Shown here one piece after another: positions 59,089-64,000 of a stretch of 64,000 bases of DNA. The notes below the pieces were generated by a model. That model made no database searches. It was given only the letters and a program-made list of their open reading frames with translations, and was not told the origin of the DNA. The position numbers were made by a program, and so were the translations under genes. The stretch is from Candidatus Poribacteria bacterium (GTDB lineage: Bacteria; Poribacteria; WGA-4E; UBA9662), in the NCBI GenBank assembly GCA_036339735.1, contig JAYZAL010000079.1, positions 32,001 to 96,000 of the forward strand, in the 5' to 3' direction. Numbering within the stretch: the first letter of the stretch is position 1; each line of letters opens with the position of its first letter.

Positions 59089-61381
59089 TTTCATTAATTC
59101 AAAAACCTTGATCGTTCATTTGATCCATGTTTTATTGGCTCATCATGTTGTTCTTTGGGCGGAGCAAGATAGACTATTAGACACCCATTTGAGTGTTGAA
59201 CAACAACTACAAAAAGCTCGTGACTATTTTTACGAAAAAGATTACCAATTAGCTCTGGAGATGTATTCGGTAGTTTTTGATGGACACCAAGGGTTGGATG
59301 ATCGAGATTTGGATGAGGTCCAATTCAACATTGGCCGTTGTTATACCGAATTAGGAAAAGATAATCAGGCATTGCAAAACTTCAGCAAAATCATTGGTCG
59401 CGATCCAACAAGTTCATACGCAACTCAATCTGTTTATCAAATTGGAAATTTATTCGTTTCACGATACCAATATGACTTGGCTGCTGGCGCTTGCCAAAAA
59501 ATTGCAGAGCGTTATCCACAGACACGTAGCGGAGCTATCGCGAGTTATTTGGCAGGCCAGTATTGGCATTATGCTAATCAAGATAAAAAAGCGGTTCACG
59601 CATACCAAAAATTCTTAGTCGATTATCCAGAGTCGCCTTATCGTAGTAGTGGTTTACAGAGTTTGGTTCAGATTTGGATTCAGATGAAAGAATTTGAATC
59701 CGCGGAAAAATTACTGACAAATCTATTAGCTAGTCCAAAACTGTCTGTTCCAAACCAAACTGAATTATCTGAGTTGATCGCTGATCTTTATAAATCTCAA
59801 GGTCGATCAGATTTAGCACTAAAATTCTATGAATCTGCATTAGATAAATCTCCAACCGATACAAATTTATTAAAAAAAATGGGTGAAATGTATGCCGAAA
59901 TAGGAGATCAACAACAAGCCTTACGTATATGGTCTCGGATTGTATCTTCAAACCCCAATCAGTATTACCGTTATCAACAAATGGCTGACATTTATGTTTC
60001 TAACCAGCTCTATGATCAAGCGATTTTAGCTTACCAATCTGCTCTGAAATTGAACCCAACGAGTTCTTATCTCTATGCTGAATTGGCCGGTGTACACAAA
60101 ATCAAGGGACAAATAGATCAAATGGTTGATGTCCTTTTGCAAGCTCTATTGATGGTGGATTACAGTTTCAATAATCGCGATATCATACTACAAGAATTAA
60201 ATAACATTTATGAAGGAAATCGTCAATACCAGCTACTACGTGAGGTCGTTGCAAAATTAGAGTTAAATGCCGTAAGATCGGCGAAACAATTACTTACTAT
60301 TGCTGAAATTCACTTTTACGCTAAAAATTTCGATCAATCTCTGATTTATTTTCAGATGTTCGGTCAGCAGTATCCTGCTGATAAGGGAGAGCTTTTGAAA
60401 AAATACGCACAAATTTTAGATAGGAACGAAAGTGTTTCCGCCGATCAATTTTATCAGGCGTTGATTGATTTTTATCCTGATAGCTTAATAAAACGCCAAA
60501 GTCAACTCAGATTAGCTAATCGGTATCAGGAATCTAATGAATGGGAGCTTTCCTTGACAGTATTGCAGCGTATCGAGAACAAAGACACCCCAGTTCAGCT
60601 AAAAATCGCAGAACTATTACTTCATGACGCCTACCGATTTTTAGAAGCCGAGAGACTATACAAAGAATTGAGTCGGAAGCCTTTGCTTAGCCGTTATCAG
60701 ACTCAGGTTAATCTTGGATTAGCCGAAACCTTTCTATTATCTGATCGACCGGTTGCAGCTCGAAGCATTTTGCAACCAATTGCAGACAACAAAAATTCGA
60801 TATATCAAGCAAGAGCAATTAAGTTAGTTGCAGATAGCTACCTATTTGAATACAATTTTGAACAGGCTCAAGAAAATTATCAGCGTGTGGCTCAACTCTT
60901 AACCGACTATACGAACCTAGCTTTAGCTTGGTTGATCCGCATCAACACCAGTTCATCTTCAGACCAAAAGTCTTTAATCGTATATATTGAAGGTGAATAT
61001 TTAAAACGGCAGGGTCAGATAGAAAAAGCCGTAAAACATCTTCAATTGGCAATTCAAAAACATCCACAATCTCTAATTTTTGATGACTTATTGTGGATGT
61101 TAGGTGATCTGTATCTCTATCAGAGGAAGTATAAAAGCGCCATTCAAACCTACCGCCAGATTATAGAATCAGAAAGTGGATTGTCAATCGAAGCTCAGGC
61201 GCGAGTCGCTGACATATACCAGTTCGATCTTAACAATAACCATAACGCTTTTGAGCTATATACTCAATTAGCAGACGAATATAGTGATAGTGTAGTTGCC
61301 GCCTACGCACAGCAGCAAGCAGACATGCTTCGACTGCAGCTTATACCCAAAAAACTTGAAAAATCCGGCGGGTTTAAGTAA
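59045..61381 (+). CDS. Large tetratricopeptide-repeat protein (CpoB/BamD-like repeats)
   Basis: Many TPR-like helix pairs with YP-x-S/T turns; hydrophobic N-terminus. Confidence 0.88.
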   Translation: MKLRSMDLLNRLYSNFINSKTLIVHLIHVLLAHHVVLWAEQDRLLDTHLSVEQQLQKARDYFYEKDYQLALEMYSVVFDGHQGLDDRDLDEVQFNIGRCYTELGKDNQALQNFSKIIGRDPTSSYATQSVYQIGNLFVSRYQYDLAAGACQKIAERYPQTRSGAIASYLAGQYWHYANQDKKAVHAYQKFLVDYPESPYRSSGLQSLVQIWIQMKEFESAEKLLTNLLASPKLSVPNQTELSELIADLYKSQGRSDLALKFYESALDKSPTDTNLLKKMGEMYAEIGDQQQALRIWSRIVSSNPNQYYRYQQMADIYVSNQLYDQAILAYQSALKLNPTSSYLYAELAGVHKIKGQIDQMVDVLLQALLMVDYSFNNRDIILQELNNIYEGNRQYQLLREVVAKLELNAVRSAKQLLTIAEIHFYAKNFDQSLIYFQMFGQQYPADKGELLKKYAQILDRNESVSADQFYQALIDFYPDSLIKRQSQLRLANRYQESNEWELSLTVLQRIENKDTPVQLKIAELLLHDAYRFLEAERLYKELSRKPLLSRYQTQVNLGLAETFLLSDRPVAARSILQPIADNKNSIYQARAIKLVADSYLFEYNFEQAQENYQRVAQLLTDYTNLALAWLIRINTSSSSDQKSLIVYIEGEYLKRQGQIEKAVKHLQLAIQKHPQSLIFDDLLWMLGDLYLYQRKYKSAIQTYRQIIESESGLSIEAQARVADIYQFDLNNNHNAFELYTQLADEYSDSVVAAYAQQQADMLRLQLIPKKLEKSGGFK

Positions 61382-61406
61382 CAAAAATTAAAAAGGAATA
61401 ACTCGG

Positions 61407-62534
61407 ATGGAACAGCCAATAGTTGGTCATATCCACAAGCTACAAACACTAATTCCCATTATAGATCGTTGTCAAACAGACTATCATAATCTGAAAGTTG
61501 GCCATGATCACTTTTCAGCATCTTTATCGGGAAATGGAGAACAAATCACAAGTCAGTATAATGGTGTAAGACATTTATTTATCGTGTCCGGGCAAGGGGA
61601 AATTTTCCTGGATATTAGCTACCGTACGCAGGAAGGTGATGGCCAACCTTTACCTCCATTTTATGAACCAGATATTTGCGACAGCGAAAATCAACCCATC
61701 CTACAAACATTATCCGAAAATTTGGATACTATACACGACAAAATCCGACCCGCTGTTGATTCTCTATTAACTCGATTGAGTGGAAATGTTTTGGTTGGAG
61801 ATATTTCTTATCCAGTTCGTCAAATGATGGAGATTGGGCTGCCGTTGCGCGAGTGGTCAACTCGACCCAAAGTTCGTAGAGCTTTTGAAATTTTGCAAGT
61901 TAACTATTCTCAACTCGGATGGTCAACCAAAAAAGTCGCTGGATTTGAGCCATTTGGCGTTGGAGACCAATTAACCATTACCGATGATGAACCAATCATT
62001 GTTAGAGGTGAGTTTGATTATTTTTGGATCGAAAATACGCAGCTATTTATGACTCATACTACTGCCACTCGGAGACTATCGTATTTGAGAAATAATAGTA
62101 CGTCTTCAGAGAGTAATCATTTTCGCCGTCTACCTCTAACATGGTATCCTCACACAGAAAACGAAGATGAGCCAGATGGTGTAAACAGTATAAATAATCA
62201 CGTAGTTTATTTAACGCCCCAAAGTAACTTCGCCCATTACCATCCTTCAAGTCCAGTTGGAGGCGGTTCAGCCGAAACCCAGATTTATTTGATTATGGAC
62301 GCTACTCAAACTTTAGCTACCGAGGGTTGGGTAAAGCCCCAAAACAGATCTGGAAACTTAAGAATTTACCCTAAATTAGATGATCCTAGCTATTACCAAG
62401 ATATGTCACTTGATCCCGGTAGTGTAGTCTACATTCCTCCAGATCTAGGACACTATGGTCTTGATCTGCTTGCCAATATCATTTCTTTTCCAGGTTTTAA
62501 ACCAAATAATATGATTCCTATTCATTCTTCCTAA
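61407..62534 (+). CDS. Hypothetical protein with cupin-like motifs
   Basis: FIVSGQGEI, AHYHP..ETQIY, PGSVVYIPPDLGH. Confidence 0.55.
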   Translation: MEQPIVGHIHKLQTLIPIIDRCQTDYHNLKVGHDHFSASLSGNGEQITSQYNGVRHLFIVSGQGEIFLDISYRTQEGDGQPLPPFYEPDICDSENQPILQTLSENLDTIHDKIRPAVDSLLTRLSGNVLVGDISYPVRQMMEIGLPLREWSTRPKVRRAFEILQVNYSQLGWSTKKVAGFEPFGVGDQLTITDDEPIIVRGEFDYFWIENTQLFMTHTTATRRLSYLRNNSTSSESNHFRRLPLTWYPHTENEDEPDGVNSINNHVVYLTPQSNFAHYHPSSPVGGGSAETQIYLIMDATQTLATEGWVKPQNRSGNLRIYPKLDDPSYYQDMSLDPGSVVYIPPDLGHYGLDLLANIISFPGFKPNNMIPIHSS

Positions 62535-62558
62535 GTTACTCTTTACGTTCTGATTCCT

Positions 62559-63488
62559 ATGTTAGTCGATATACCTGATTTCGCTATTATTGCCAATCCT
62601 GTCTCGGGTCGCCGAAGATCAGTCAAAATAGCAACGATGGCCTATCAGAAATTGCTAAGATACCAGCCAAAAGGTAAGTTATATTTTACTCAATCAAAAG
62701 GTGATGCTTATCGACTAGCCGAAATTGCTCTAGAGGAAGGTTATAGTTTCATCGTAGCTTGTGGTGGTGATGGTACAATACACGAGGTACTTAATGCTAT
62801 TTGTCAGTCCGAAAAAGATTCGACCCTAGGTATTCTACCTAGTGGAAAAGGTAATGACTTAGCAAGAGAACTTAACATACCCAGTCAACCAACACGTGCC
62901 GTCAACATTCTGTTGTCGGGGCAAGCCAAATATATTGATGTAGGCGAGGTTTGTAGCTTAACGACTGAAAACAGTCAATCATCCAAAAAGTATTTTAGCA
63001 CCATTTTTACTTGCGGTTTCGATGCAGAAGTTGGGCGACGAGTTACAGAAGACAAGGTTTCTTCCCATTTCTGGGGAAGTCTTGCATATGTGGTGACTGC
63101 AGTTACTACACTACCTATTTTTCAACCACCGACAGCTATTATTAAGGGTGATTTTGGCATTTACCAGGGACCAATCTTAATTTGCTCTACAGGTATTACA
63201 ACTAGTTATGGTGGAGGAATGCGCATCTTACCCAATGCTGTGCTAGACGATGGACAACTTGACGTTTGTATTATTAAACCAGTGTCAAATTGGACCGTTT
63301 TATTTATGTTGGCAAAACTTTTTTGGGGCGGACACCAGAACCATCGGGCTGTCAATATTTTTCGAACTACTAACTTATCAATTTCGACTGATCCACCGAT
63401 GAAAATATACGCTGACGGTGAATATATGGGTGACACACCGAAACATATTCAGATATTATCTAAGCGATTGAAAGTCATCGTTCCATAG
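62559..63488 (+). CDS. Diacylglycerol/lipid kinase family (YegS/DagK)
   Basis: NPVSG, GGDGT, PSGKGNDLAR, GFDA, YGGG, DGE. Confidence 0.93.
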   Translation: MLVDIPDFAIIANPVSGRRRSVKIATMAYQKLLRYQPKGKLYFTQSKGDAYRLAEIALEEGYSFIVACGGDGTIHEVLNAICQSEKDSTLGILPSGKGNDLARELNIPSQPTRAVNILLSGQAKYIDVGEVCSLTTENSQSSKKYFSTIFTCGFDAEVGRRVTEDKVSSHFWGSLAYVVTAVTTLPIFQPPTAIIKGDFGIYQGPILICSTGITTSYGGGMRILPNAVLDDGQLDVCIIKPVSNWTVLFMLAKLFWGGHQNHRAVNIFRTTNLSISTDPPMKIYADGEYMGDTPKHIQILSKRLKVIVP

Positions 63489-63491
63489 TTA

Positions 63492-64000
63492 TTAATCTGG
63501 GAAATTCAGGAAATTACTCAGTAATTTTTTCCCTTCTTTTGTTAAAATTGATTCTGGATGAAATTGCACTCCGAAAACAGGTAGATCCGTATGTTGAATA
63601 CCCATGATTTCGTTGTCTTCAGTCCAAGCTGTAATAGTCAAACAATCAGGCTTCGACAAAGGATTAAGTATTAATGAATGGTATCGAGTAGCCTCAAATG
63701 GATTCGGCAAATTATTGAAAATTCCTTGGTTTTTATGCTGAATCATCGATGTTTTTCCATGCATTAGCTTATCTGCACGAACGATTTGTCCACCGAACAC
63801 CTGACCTATACACTGATGCCCCAGACAAACTCCTAAAAGTGGTAATTGATCACAAAAATATTCGATGACTTGACAAGAAATACCAGCTTCATTTGGACTA
63901 CAAGGACCAGGAGAAATGACGAGTTTTTCCGGCTGAAGTGCTTCGATTTCAGGAATCGTAATCTTATCATTTCGGAAAATCTGCAAATCAGCACCCAGTT
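63492..64000 (-). CDS. trpG: Anthranilate/aminodeoxychorismate synthase component II (5' end beyond the window)
   Basis: [24 protein letters not shown]; frame open to the window edge; trpG versus pabA cannot be resolved. Confidence 0.9.
   Translation of the reverse strand, partial: LGADLQIFRNDKITIPEIEALQPEKLVISPGPCSPNEAGISCQVIEYFCDQLPLLGVCLGHQCIGQVFGGQIVRADKLMHGKTSMIQHKNQGIFNNLPNPFEATRYHSLILNPLSKPDCLTITAWTEDNEIMGIQHTDLPVFGVQFHPESILTKEGKKLLSNFLNFPD

Overview
Gene-dense, AT-rich (roughly 40% GC by eye) bacterial chromosome segment. I found no rRNA, CRISPR array, integrase or transposase. It carries core genes (hisF, recO, aroA, fused moaD-moaE, nadD/yacG/yqeK, nadK, gnd, partial trpG/pabA), two tRNAs (Pro-CGG, Leu-CAG) and two catabolic operons that each pair a sulfatase with PhyH-type Fe(II)/2-oxoglutarate dioxygenases. 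It also carries many envelope or secreted proteins: a TonB receptor, TolC plus a very long adaptor, a PorV-like barrel-FlgD-OmpA-SPOR protein, cohesin/dockerin proteins with T9SS-like C-terminal domains, and TolB-like and TPR proteins. The mix of PhyH, sulfatases, WD40/TPR, dockerin plus 'NxPNPFNPETWIP' C-terminal domains and 'K-x-AT-x-W-xx-I-K/R' tails resembles Candidatus Poribacteria; this is an inference from gene content, not a database result. The most notable items are a candidate two-signal surface-sorting system with cohesin-dockerin modules, a solitary double-GTPase-type TRAFAC GTPase, a nested 44-bp perfect palindrome over a predicted promoter, an apparently catalytically degenerate GH36-like protein, a PhyH-HEAT fusion, and a 40-aa membrane protein missing from the ORF track.
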